A stretch of 62,988 nucleotides of DNA, the filler included, from Phoronis australis (lineage: Eukaryota > Animalia > Phoronida), in the NCBI GenBank assembly GCA_002633005.1. It is 5 parts of 5 records of this genome, joined end to end, with 100 filler letters (N's around TTAATTAATTAA, not from the genome) between each part and the next. Parts side by side here need not be neighbours in the genome. Positions count along the whole stretch, not along the records: positions 33,645 to 54,910 come from NMRA01001413.1; 4 more parts are not named here. One strand, 5' to 3'. The notes below the pieces were generated by a model. It had not been told where the DNA came from and made no database searches. It saw only the letters and a list, made by a program, of their open reading frames with translations. Numbering within the stretch: the first letter of the stretch is position 1; each line of letters starts with the position of its first letter. Made by a program: the position numbers and the translations under genes. This document shows, one piece after another, positions 40,360 through 51,618 of the stretch.

Positions 40360-41927
40360 TAGGCCTTTTGCGAGTTTATAACAATAACGCGAGATTATGT
40401 GAGACTAAACTGTGACGTCACGGGAAGTGGGGCAAAAGCTTGTCGTTTGGTCATTTGCCCAATACGGTAGCAGAGTGTATTCTGTTATTGTCTTCGAGTT
40501 TTTAGCCGTTTAGTTCGAAAAATGCCCAAAAACATTGCTGTTATGGCAAATGAACTTCAGATTCGCACTACAATACGTTCTATCGCGTTCTGTACTAATT
40601 TCGTCCCGTGTATTTCAAACGGGCGGTAGGCGAAATCCGCTCACTGGTAAAGTTTTCACCTCGTCGAAAATACATTCTACGCCTAAAATTAGCACCTAAA
40701 AGGCTCTTACTTTCTTCAATGACTCTTTCTGCTTCTAAACATATCTTCGATGAAGCATATAATATACGGGAATTCACGTGACTTAGGCGAAGAATTCCAA
40801 CTCCACTTTGTGGTTACTGTTAACTTTGTCCGCGCGCGCGATTTGCCACAATCAAGTATTTCAACTGAGTCAGGTAAGTATGAGGCAAAGGCTAGTGCGA
40901 GACTGAGCGAAGCGCGAGATCTGGCGCGTGACACTTGCAAAATAGCATGAGAAAATATCAAGTGAAATTTGTAAGATTTGTGTCCCTTGGACTTTTTGTT
41001 CGTCAACAGGCGTGATTTCACGTAACTTCCTCTTTAGTGAGAGAAACTCGAGAGAACCGCCTCTGTTGGCCTGAAGCAAAGGCGATGGAGAGGCTATAGG
41101 CGCTCTGTACGCCGGAAGCTTTTCGGCGAATTATGCCTCGCACCGATTAAACCATCAAAGCCACGTTGTTATAAATACCTTTTGCGCATAGAGGAACACC
41201 TTAGGAGGTTGTCGATGTGTTTAAGTCCTTCCAACTCGANNNNNNNNNNNNNNNNNNNNNNNNNNNNNNNNNNNNNNNNNNNNNNNNNNNNNNNNNNNNN
41301 NNNNNNNNNNNNNNNNNNNNNNNNNNNNNNNNNNNNNNNNNNNNNNNNNNNNNNNNNNNNNNNNNNNNNNNNNNNNNNNNNNNNNNNNNNNNNNNNNNNN
41401 NNNNNNNNNNNNNNNNNNNNNNNNNNNNNNNNNNNNNNNNNNNNNNNNNNNNNNNNNNNNNNNNNNNNNNNNNNNNNNNNNNNNNNNNNNNNNNNNNNNN
41501 NNNNNNNNNNNNNNNNNNNNNNNNNNNNNNNNNNNNNNNNNNNNNNNNNNNNNNNNNNNNNNNNNNNNNNNNNNNNNNNNNNNNNNNNNNNNNNNNNNNN
41601 NNNNNNNNNNNNNNNNNNNNNNNNNNNNNNNNNNNNNNNNNNNNNNNNNNNNNNNNNNNNNNNNNNNNNNNNNNNNNNNNNNNNNNNNNNNNNNNNNNNN
41701 NNNNNNNNNNNNNNNNNNNNNNNNNNNNNNNNNNNNNNNNNNNNNNNNNNNNNNNNNNNNNNNNNNNNNNNNNTTTTAACGTTTTAAGCGTAAAATTCGC
41801 CATAAGAACTCCAGTAAGTTTTAGCGTGTGTAGCAAAGACTCGGGGCAAAACAAGAGCAATATGGCGGGTTTTGCCCCCTTTCCGGTGACGTCACAGTGA
41901 CTAGCGAGAAACTCGCAAGTGAGCTAT
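40360..41927 (+). mobile_element. TIR DNA transposon derivative (ISL2EU/Harbinger-like) with THAP start; spans a gap
   Basis: Ends ataggccttttgcgagttt ... aaactcgcaagtgagctat, with inverted subterminal ctgtgacgtcac.ggaa.ggggcaaaa. 40522-40571 reads MPK-KHCCYGK*TSDSHY with a frameshift, a THAP-like N-terminus. Confidence 0.65.
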
Positions 41928-42332
41928 TGACTCGGCTCAGTGAAGTCGGGTAAGGTCATTACTGCCAAAGATACTATATCCCATAGGTAACTAAAAATTC
42001 TTTATTACTGCTGGGCATTTCGAATAAACCAAGCTGTGCGGACAAGAACTGCCCTGTGCAACAGAGTCACTCAGTGCTATTATTTGTGTTGAAAAGTAGT
42101 TGTTTTGGTGTGAAACTATGTCTTTAATTGGGGAAGTTCACCACTGCTGAGGACAAGAAATTCAATGCTGCACCCGGAAGGGATTTTACATGGAGATTGG
42201 TCGAAACACTGGTAAGTTACTAGAGAAAAGATTCTCCGTTAACAGTCACTGACACTACAAGTACAATGAATGCAATCATACACGTTTCTTGCGTAGATTG
42301 CACAGAATTTCGAAAGACTCAGAAGTTGGTAT

Positions 42333-42463
42333 CGGGGGCGGATCCAGAATTTTGAGTTGGAGGGGCAGGGCAGACATTCGCACCTAAAAGCTGCCAAATG
42401 GAATCTGGGAGAATTTTTGGGGGCAATGTCGCCTTACCCCCTCCAACCTTAAGTCCGCCACTG
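42333..42463 (+). mobile_element. Short MITE of the 26982 family
   Basis: cgggggcggatccagaattttgagttgg ... taagtccgccactg. Confidence 0.75.
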
Positions 42464-43312
42464 CTTACGTAAACTTTATGTGACTTGACCAATTATTGGG
42501 CTTTTTGCACACTTGCCGGAGTACGGTCAGAGAAACGAGTTGTGTCACGTGACCATCACGAGGAGTTGCTTAAATTAGATGTCTTCGCGTAGCAAGGCGT
42601 CAATGAGTGTTTGAAATGTAGAATTATCGCGGAGGAAATGCCAGCGTAAAAGACAAGACGAAATTTAGAACTGGCTCGGAGAGAAGTAAGCGATGAAATC
42701 TCTGTACTCGGCTAAGATGTGTGTTCAAATACCAAAGTAGCTGAGTAACTTTTTTAGAGTTTTCTAAGCTGGGCTACAGTCAGTAACCGACAAGAGTTCT
42801 CTCTTAAAATAACTCACGGTCTTAGTTTAATGATTGAGTATCACCTACAGTCCTTTGTGAATCCTACGGATAACGAAGGGCAATATTTTGACGCACACAA
42901 ATCGTTTCCCTAGTTTAACATAACGCCACGGTAAGAACTGAATAAGTCAGTGTATCACTCCAGTAACCTTCAGAATTTATGCCGGGGTTATTTACTTGAG
43001 TATAATGCACGTGCTGAAGTTTATTATGATTGCTTTCCGCTACTAATTGTGCGGTCGAAGCACATATAGAATTAAAAACATACAGTTAGTACTATATACT
43101 TGCGGTTCATGGCAATAGGGCCGTCCCGTATTACAGAGCGGCAATCGAATCTAGCTGTATTTACCCACAATGCCGTAAACATGCGTCAGGCACATTTGCT
43201 GCCTCGTTTTCGAGCCACTGGGTTTTCACATGTTATTTGTTGTTGTCTGATTCTTAACAACTTTTTCTCACTTGCATTATTCTATTCTTTCTTCCAGTGC
43301 TAACGAAGTATT

Positions 43313-43453
43313 AAGTGTTGTGTTGTGGGCTGCAACACCGGCGTGAAAAGGTTTTATAAACTGGTCAAATACCCGTGGATGCGTGATCTGAAATTCGTTG
43401 CCTTCCCGACGTTTATGAGAGACACGAAAATGTGCCTGTTTTCAAAAAACTAG
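43313..43453 (+). pseudogene. THAP zinc-finger N-terminal remnant (transposase-derived)
   Basis: KCCVVGCNTGVKRFYKLVKYPWMRDLKFVAFPTFMRD fits the THAP CxVxGC...FxxFP pattern. Preceded by a polypyrimidine tract and ttccag. Ends at a premature TAG. Confidence 0.65.
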
Positions 43454-43609
43454 ATCACACACTTTCTTATATCCATAATAACGGCGAACAAAAGTTATAA
43501 TCTATAACTGCATACAAACATCTCGTGTTGAGTACAAATATCTGACGAGTGCAGTTTTTAAATGCATACTCTATGCTGCTGTTACTGAGTGCCGAAACGT
43601 GTCAATTTA

Positions 43610-44112
43610 CGTTCTTTACAGGAATCGTCATGAAAAAATGTTTGGAAAACTATGCCTCGACATTGTTGTTCTCAATGCAGAGTAAAGAATCGTTGTCATA
43701 TAAATACCAGCAACGTTTGTTACATTTAATTCAACCGACATTACAATAGTCGCGTTTCAGATTACACTCTTTCCAAGAATCGTCATAAAAAATGCTTGAA
43801 AACTATGCCTCATAGTTGTTCTTCTCAATCCAGGGTAAATGATTGTTATCAGACAAATAAATACGTAAACAGACGTTCTCTTCTACTACAAAAGGCTGAC
43901 TGCATTCAATTCAACAGACATTACAATAGTGGCTCTTCAGTTTGCGTTCTTTCCAAGAATCGTCATGAAAAAATCATTGAAATGCTATTCCCAGAAAGCA
44001 TTGTCCACAATGCAGGGTAAAGAATTGTTATCAGATAAATACAAGTGTACGCAAGCGTTCTCTTGTACTTTGCAAGGTTGGTTCCATTTAATTCAACGGA
44101 CTTATCAATAGT
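43610..44112 (+). repeat. Three degenerate tandem repeats (about 155-180 bp units)
   Basis: gaatcgtcat(g/a)aaaaa...gaaa..cta...cag.gtaaa...aattcaac.gac...caatagt recurs at about 43622, 43777 and 43957. Confidence 0.8.
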
Positions 44113-44180
44113 CATAAGCATTAAGAACGTGACTGTAAGCAGTGTGCCCTAAACTTTATTAACCTAAATTTGAAGAAATG

Positions 44181-44460
44181 CAGGCCCGTTGCCAGGAGGT
44201 TCGATCCAACGCGGAAAAGGTCCAGCCTCTCCGTTAAGGACAGGATTTAGGTGGACAACAGCAACAAAACCGTTGCAGTTACTGGTACCACTGCTAACTA
44301 CATGTATAATGATAACTAATTTAGTAATCATTCTGAATTTGCTTCCCGTTCAACACGCTTCATGTAATCATCGGGTCGTACCCGGCGAACTTTGCCCTAG
44401 TGCTGTTTCGTAGCTGACAGGATTGTACAGACGACTAGAGGATGCTTTATGTTATTCATC
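44181..44460 (+). repeat. Dispersed repeat, copy 2 of 39188-39485
   Basis: Same alignment as copy 1. Confidence 0.7.
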
Positions 44461-45287
44461 AGCATTGAACGCGCGGGGTGGCTACACCATAGGGTAACAG
44501 GGGAGTCAAAAGTATTGTTGTGACCCTTCAAATTGTTGTCCTAACAAAGCAAAACGTACCAACTACATTTCTAAAAATTTTGGAACACTTACATGTATGA
44601 CCTGCATAACAAGTCACCTGACCTAGCTCAATCAGTACATTCTGTTCCTCGAGCAATTCTTTGGGAAATTTCCTCTGACACCCCGAAATCAAACTCTATT
44701 ATTAAGGGTAGGTACATGTTTTTCTTGGTCTCCATCTGATTTAAAACTGAGCTCGATGTTTTCCACAAAACAGTCAATTCTGAGAGAAAACGGAGGTAAT
44801 CAGACCCACTCTGGCAAAATTCAGCTGACTCTCTGCCTGCAGTAAACGGGACAAGGCCTGATTTAACATGTTTCAGAAGATCTGTTATCCACTTATTAGA
44901 TTTAGCTAATGTTTCAACTGCTTGCTAGTTTGGGTATTCCATTGAAGTCCCACTAACCAGATCAATATAAACTTAAAACTCCAGTGAACAATGTCTGCTT
45001 TATCTTCCTCGGCAGCCATTTTTCCTTTGGTGACATCAGTGGTAATTGCAGAAATTCTTAAGAAAAAGATAATTCACAGAAAAACCAACTATTTTAATTT
45101 TATTACATTCTATTTTCTATGAAATGAACCAAGGTTTTGAAAAACAATCTGGTGCACTTAAGGTATCAAGACTGAGGATTTTCACTGATCAGTTGTGTCT
45201 GTTGCAAATGCTCCTTTTGTCTGAGGTTGCTAAACATTGGCTAATTGTTGTATGTAAACATAAGGTCGTCGGTAGTTTTTAAAGTGA

Positions 45288-46355
45288 TATATATTTATTG
45301 AAGAATACACAGAACAAACAAAGAAATAATAACAAACCCAGGAACCGCGAAGCATTATATCTGGGTTGTAAACCATTCATAAATGAAACTAATATGCATA
45401 CAGGTACATGTATATACAATTAAGTAGTATCTAATATAAGCATTCCAATAGTTAAATATGCTATTACAAATATATAAGAACAAAAATATGTACAGATTCA
45501 TGTATTGAAATCAGATGCAACAATATTGATAAACGGTACATAAAAAATACTAACGTTGCTTAGAAGGAATTCATTGAGAACGAGGTCAAGGTTATGTCCA
45601 CCATTCAATAATAATGTAACTCTAGTAGGGATATCATTACAAGAATTGAGAGCGTTAACAATTGATTGGTTTTCATTGAGTGCACGAAAGAGTGAGTCTC
45701 TCAGGTATTCGATGAGGGGACACTTGAAGAAAATATGAGGATAAGATTGATGGTCACCACATTTACAGTTTGGAGAGACATTACTAAAGTTGTGCCTGAA
45801 CTTGTCAGAGTTGAGGAAAAGGCCAAATCTTGATCTGTACGATGCTATTTCGTTATCGCGGGTAAGGGAAAATTGAGTCAAGGGTGTTGAGTTATCGAAA
45901 TTTTGAAAAACAGTTCTAAAATTATTTTTTATACTCGTAAAAGAGTTGCTTTCCTTAACAGAGACTGGAAGAGAATTTCCAGTTGTTGATGCACATCATG
46001 ACTGTAGACCTTCTGAATGCCTGGCCGAACGACGGAGGAATTGCATATGGGGTGGAGGATCTGAAATCATTGCGATGGCCTTGTTTAGTGTATAGATCAA
46101 ATATTTTTTTGACAGACACGTTGTTGACATTGTTTATTACCTTGAAAGTAAATGTGGTCATGTGAAGATTGCGTCGAGTAGACAGTTTGGGCCACTTGAG
46201 GCTATTCAAAACCATAACACTATTAGATCCCCTGTAAGCTCCGGTTATGAGTAAGGCGGTTTGATATTGTAACTTCTCCAAATGTTGGAAAGCACCTGTA
46301 TTGGCAGACTGATATATAATATCACAATAATCAATGTGTGGATGTATTGTGGTAG
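45288..46355 (-). mobile_element. 5'-truncated LINE 3' end (CR1/L2-group-like)
   Basis: HPHIDYCDIIY...LEKLQYQTALLITGA...LKWPKLSTRR and SPNCKCGDHQSYPHIFFKCP (CCHC-like). aataaa at the 3' end, about 45294-45299. Confidence 0.85.
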
Positions 46356-47253
46356 TTTTGTGGACATATGTGGATCATAAAACTATCTATTCTACTACGA
46401 CAGGTCAAACTTACAACTAAGTTTCAGAGTCTAAAATTAGGCTTCAGCTGAGATTCGCTCACGCGTTTTCTGTGTTTTTGCTTCTTTGACCCCGTCATCC
46501 TCAGAAATTTCAGGAAATATTTCCAATTTCCATTTATTATTACTGATACCATGGGTGAGTTAATCCAAAACACAAACTATTTCACTGTCCAGCAGCTTCT
46601 ATAATTTTACAATACCACAAAAAATTAAATTTCATAGTATTTGACACTGATTTTGAGTGGAAACTGATTTGCCGGACTTTTAAGCTACTTATCAGAGAAG
46701 GAATTGTTTAAACTACATTTTAGTAATATAACATAAGAAAGTAAACTGCAACGCCATAGTACGATCCAAATCCGTGACATAGGGTGTATTACCCATTTAT
46801 GGCTTTTTTGTCTGATCTGAAGTGCATTGCACTTTTAAGATAGGAAACTGGTTGGTTTTCTCATCGGAATGTGTGAATGAATGAGCTTATGAAAAAATTA
46901 CGTTTATTGCACTGCAGTCATGATATGAATAAAATAATGAAAACAAAAAAAAATAAGAAATTGCTGTTTTAATATGTGTGTGTCGTCTATATTCGTCTTT
47001 CGTTTTATTGATACGTATTCGGGAACGCATCTGTTTGCAAATTTTATAATGAACATTTCACGGTTTGCTCCGTGGGTGGGCGGACACAGGTTATCGCTAA
47101 CCAATGTTAAGTAGCTTTCGGTGCAACGACCGACTGAAACTGGTTCGAGTTAGTCACTTCAATGACTTCGAACGTTCGTACTCAAGTCTACTCAGACAAA
47201 ACGTACTGCGCAATGCCTGTTCTATGCTCCAGCTAGTGCTGCAAAACCTTGAC

Positions 47254-47407
47254 CAGGGGAGGATCCGGGATTTTGAGTTGGGGGGCTGGGGCAGAGTATT
47301 AGCCAGGTCTTTGCCCGTCAGACATTTACACTCCGAATTACCAAATTCAATTGGGGAGAATTCTAGGGGGGCCATGACCCCCTTGGCCCCCTCTAAGTCC
47401 GCCACTG
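47254..47407 (+). mobile_element. Short MITE of the 26982 family
   Basis: caggggaggatccgggattttgagttgg ... taagtccgccactg. Confidence 0.8.
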
Positions 47408-47744
47408 GGCATGACAAGGTGTTATCAAGCCTAACTGCCGCCGTTTGGTCAAAGGTTTTAGCTTGGGAAGCTAGCGCCGATTTATAATTGTCGGATTCCT
47501 CGCTTTGCAGTACATGACAGACTGACCACGTGGTTCAGATCTAATTCTGTTTCCACGATTCACTCTGTGATTACCACATTGTAGTTATATTCAAGTCTAA
47601 TTTTGCAGTTTGGAGGCCTCAGCGTGGACATTAACCCGAATGTCTTTTTACACTGCTGTCATCTTGCAGGGACTGAGGGTTTTGTCCACACTTATCTTCT
47701 TATCTCTTTATCTTCTGGTTACCTGCTTCAAAGGTGTGTGTCTG

Positions 47745-48439
47745 ATGTAGAAAAATAAACCAATTACTGGACTTACGGTTTATTGAGATGGCTACGTTAC
47801 GTCCCCCTCTCGTGGTTTTCATCAGGCCACTGAGTTGTCACCTGACTCGTCATGTGATCCACAGCACAGTTTGCGCGGGATACTCCTCAGTGCCCTATCC
47901 CACGTCTTTGGCAACAGAAACCTCAGACCCCCTGTCTGTTTAGGCTAAGATTCTCAACTCATTGCTCCCTTGACACCTCTCCTGAACCAATTTTCCTCTC
48001 CATCCAGAATCGTGACATTATCCAGGGATAAAAGTGGTCTGTGGCGGCTGTATGACTATAATATGCCGAATCATAGCAGACCTCATAACTGGGTCTACGA
48101 TGTTGGTTGATACTACTTTTCAGGGCTTGTTTGGTTTCCCCAATGTACATGTATGCTTCCTCATACCATGGTTCCAAAAGAGTTCAGAATCCTAGCCTAA
48201 ACAGACAGGGGGGCCTGAGGTTTCTGTTGCCAAGGACGTGGGGTAGAGCACTAAGGAGTATACCGCGCAAACTGTGTTGTAGATCACATGACGAGTCACG
48301 TGACACCCCAGTGACCTGAAGAAGTCCTCGAGAGGAGGACGTAACGTAGCCATCTCAATAAACCGTAAGTCTAGTAATTGATTTATTTTTCTACATATGA
48401 TTACTCACCTGGATGACTGAAAATATTCATCGCATCGCT
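47745..48439 (-). mobile_element. Truncated Penelope-like retroelement with inverted pLTRs
   Basis: GIY-YIG remnant YIGETKQALK...NQHRRP at 47959-48177. Inverted repeats at 47745-47960 and 48180-48396. Typical end acctggatgactga.aat.ttcatc. Possible TSD tgtgtct. Confidence 0.9.
48312..48352 (+). ncRNA. Minimal hammerhead-ribozyme-like motif in Penelope pLTR (inverted copy at 47789-47829)
   Basis: ctgaaga-a-gtcctc(gagag)gaggac-gtaa-cgta. The core is CUGANGA, stem II, GUAA in place of GAAA, and a palindromic ACGU stem III. The other copy has stem I tggc/gcca. Confidence 0.55.
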
Positions 48440-50766
48440 TGTGTCTACTCTCACTAGTCATTAATCCATGGGCTATCGGAATTTAAAGCGGATAGAGACC
48501 CACTTTGCATCAGGACAACCATTTTGTTTTTCATTTGGGCTACGCGCCGTTGATATGGAATTGACTTCAAATCATTTCTTGAGAAGATGGATGCGAATTG
48601 TGGGTTTGGAAATGATTAATATTTGGTATTAACTGATACGGTGTTTAGAAATTCACTTGTCACGTAATGTCATTTATTGGAGCTTGAAAAACCAGTTATG
48701 TGGTAGATTTAAATTCACGCAACCGCTGCTGTGTAGCATTCGGCACAAAGCCATGTTGGCATTGTTCAATTTCCAGCTTTGGAGCTCTACAATGTAGGTT
48801 GCATATGTAATATTTTGTAGTTATCAAAAGTTATGGTGTCCTTTGAACCGATATACAAATGGCAAAATAAGCAAGTGTTTTTGAGTCATCGTTAAAACGT
48901 AGAACCTGTACTATTCGTTACAAATAGTTTGTATACTTCGAGATTACTGGGGACTTTTCCTGTAGCGGACACTATTGCCTATGGGCGTTTTGCGCTCCAC
49001 CTGTTAACAACTGCGGTCAGGTCGTCATGTTGTCTGCAAATGAATATGCTCAGGTACAGTATTGCGCAGCAATATATCCCAAAAATTCGGGATGGAAATA
49101 TACAAACCTTTCACGTTTTTAGTTTTCCAAATCCAGTGTCCCAAAAGCCACCGTCGAGTTTGGCTTTAGTTTCTTGGGGTTCAAACGTTCTCGGCTCGTT
49201 TTATTTGCCGGACCAGACACTAACACGTTTTCATCCGCGTTCCCAAGCGTTGGTTTCGTAATTTTATCTTCTTTTTATGAAATATAAAACTAAAAACATG
49301 GTTTGATATGAACAGAACTTAAATAATTTTTCGAGCAAACTGTGCAAACGTCCAAACGATTTAGGTTGTCCGGATCGTAAAGATATGAGAAAACATCAGT
49401 TGTCTGCACAGTTTCAGTGCCCAGTGTAACGTTTTCTTGTGTCACATCTCTCTAAAAAATTAAAAAAAAATTGTGCAGATAGGCTAATTTAGTCAATTTG
49501 TGTTTCAAATGGAGATTCAAGAAAATTTGCACAAAAATACACTAGGTGTGTACTGCATCGCCATACATCTTGGTTAAATCGATAAATATAATATGTCTCC
49601 ATGAAAGAAGTTCAGAATCCAAACATCGACGTCAAACTATCAACATCAATGTCGTTGTCCACGATAGAAGGATGCGAATTTCCCATACCTGGCAAAGTTT
49701 GCTTGAGCAGTATTGCTAACCTGAAAATAAGTGATACTTGTACACTGTAAACTTTACACCACAGGCTCAATTGTCACTAGCATAATAAAAACGCACGTCT
49801 AAAAGCAAAATTACATGCACCACTGCGCACCAATTAGTACCCGATACAATGCTAGTCAATAAAATGATTCGGGGTATTGCTAAGTTTCGTTTGCAGTACT
49901 CATACGTAGTCTTTGCTGGTGCCCCTCACTTTGCAGTGCACCATCCCACTGTCGCAGAGGTGATGACTTTTGCCAATTGATCCAGCCAAATACCAGTCCT
50001 TCGCAAAAAACCCTATGTCGAAACTCAGCATCTTGATCGACTTTTTGATAAAACGAAACGCATGAAAGCTTGAACAGATTGCGGGTTTATGTTGGCATGA
50101 AATCTTTCAATTTATGCTAATGTCAGCAGGCCCTGGCAGCCGGCTTCGAATTGTCTGACCAGTTCAATATAATTTCCTGTTTTACCTGATTTCCATCCCT
50201 GACTGCGTCAATACGTAGGTTTACCGATTGCCTTCATGTAGTCTCGAGAGAAATACTCGGTACCATCGTCCACGACGTGCCCAAAAACAGACTGGCTCTA
50301 AGTAGTACGTAGCAGACTCTAGCCTTACTCCAAATTGATACTTCATTATGCAGGTGTATTACCTAAGTCCTTGTGTGTGGTAGTGTGATGACACGTTACA
50401 CCTCAAATCTGAAAGCTTTCATTCTTCTCCCACACACACAGTCCACGTTGAAAGAACATTCACAAATTTGAAGAGTCAGAAGAAGACGAAATTAAAATTA
50501 TGTTTTTGGAAACCAGAGCCCATAATTGCCAAACTTTACTGAGAAAAATTTCAATGCTGAGTGAACTTTGTGGTTTGGTTGTCTCGGTGCGGGTGTTCTA
50601 CGGGCGCTGGTGTTCTCGGTCACATACAAGATTTAAATACAAACAAAGAAGAAAAGAAACGACCAGTAAAGTAAAGAGACTTGTAAAATTAAGTTACTAC
50701 ACGATTACGTTTAGCTGAAATAAAATAAACTTCCGTGTCAACTAACTAATTCAATGCAGTCCTATA

Positions 50767-50775
50767 TCAATCAAT

Positions 50776-50838
<63 letters not shown>

Positions 50839-50843
50839 CCAAC

Positions 50844-50883
<40 letters not shown>

Positions 50884-50937
50884 CAGTCAATCGAGCCATC
50901 AATTAATCAATCAGCTAGTCAATCAATCAATCAATCA
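50767..50937. repeat. (TCAA)n microsatellite
   Basis: About 170 bp of imperfect tcaa repeats. Confidence 0.95.
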
Positions 50938-51140
50938 TTCCATCGCCACACGACGTGGAGCATTGAACAAAAATGTGTCACTCTGACCATCTGCCATTTA
51001 CGGGGTACAAGGAATTATTGCAATCGACTGTTTCTGAATTGTTGAAGATATTTGCTAGGAAGAAAGTGGTTGACAGAAGATTCGTGCAGTTCCGTGTGCG
51101 TCTCGAAAGCGAGCATAGCGAGCTGTCGCTGCAGGAAAAC
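50936..51140 (-). pseudogene. Decayed tandem thrombospondin type-1 repeats
   Basis: One frame reads ...SRRTRNCTN...ETVDCNNSLYPVNGRWSE*HIFVQCSTSCGDGM, the end of one TSP1 and the start of the next. TGA at 50978-50980 occupies a conserved Trp position. The frame then runs into the microsatellite. Confidence 0.7.
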
Positions 51141-51618
51141 ATGATGTAAATGGTACATGTACAACTATTGAATCTGTCATATTCAGACAAATAACAGTAA
51201 ATGCATCGAGGTCGTTTACGCAGATGAAACAATTAGTCTTTAGGGAACTTTACCCCTGTTAGCTTTTGAACACTGTGCATTACATTTATTGAGTACAAAA
51301 CATTCCATGAAGGATCCTCTAGGTGAATTGAAAGTTGTTAATGACAACATACTTTCAAGAATAACGATTCCAAATCTCCTCTGACATATTTATCTAAATC
51401 AGTACCCGTATCTCAAATCGGTGAACTAAAAATACTTTATAGCACAGTTTAATTGCAGTTTTTGGGATCCACAGAAAACCAACCCATACATGTACACCAG
51501 CTGGAAGATATACTTTACGCTTCATTTTAGTTAAAAACTTCATGAAATGGATTCTAAGGCAAGTTAGTTCAGTCGAAACATAAGTCTAAATAATGCTCAG
51601 TCAACGCAGTTTGAATTA

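Noticed and set aside
41182-41900. Long ORFs of 200+ aa (also 2464-2964)
   Set aside because: Artefacts of translating N runs.
42120-42217. Exon ending in ctg|gtaagt
   Set aside because: No clear acceptor and no recognisable peptide.
49900-50290. TIR/SEFIR-like motifs (YRVFLS; FFAKDWYLAG)
   Set aside because: Short motifs separated by stops; not distinguishable from chance by eye.
50978-50980. Selenocysteine or readthrough TGA
   Set aside because: It occupies a conserved Trp (TGG) position amid other decay, and no SECIS was recognised.
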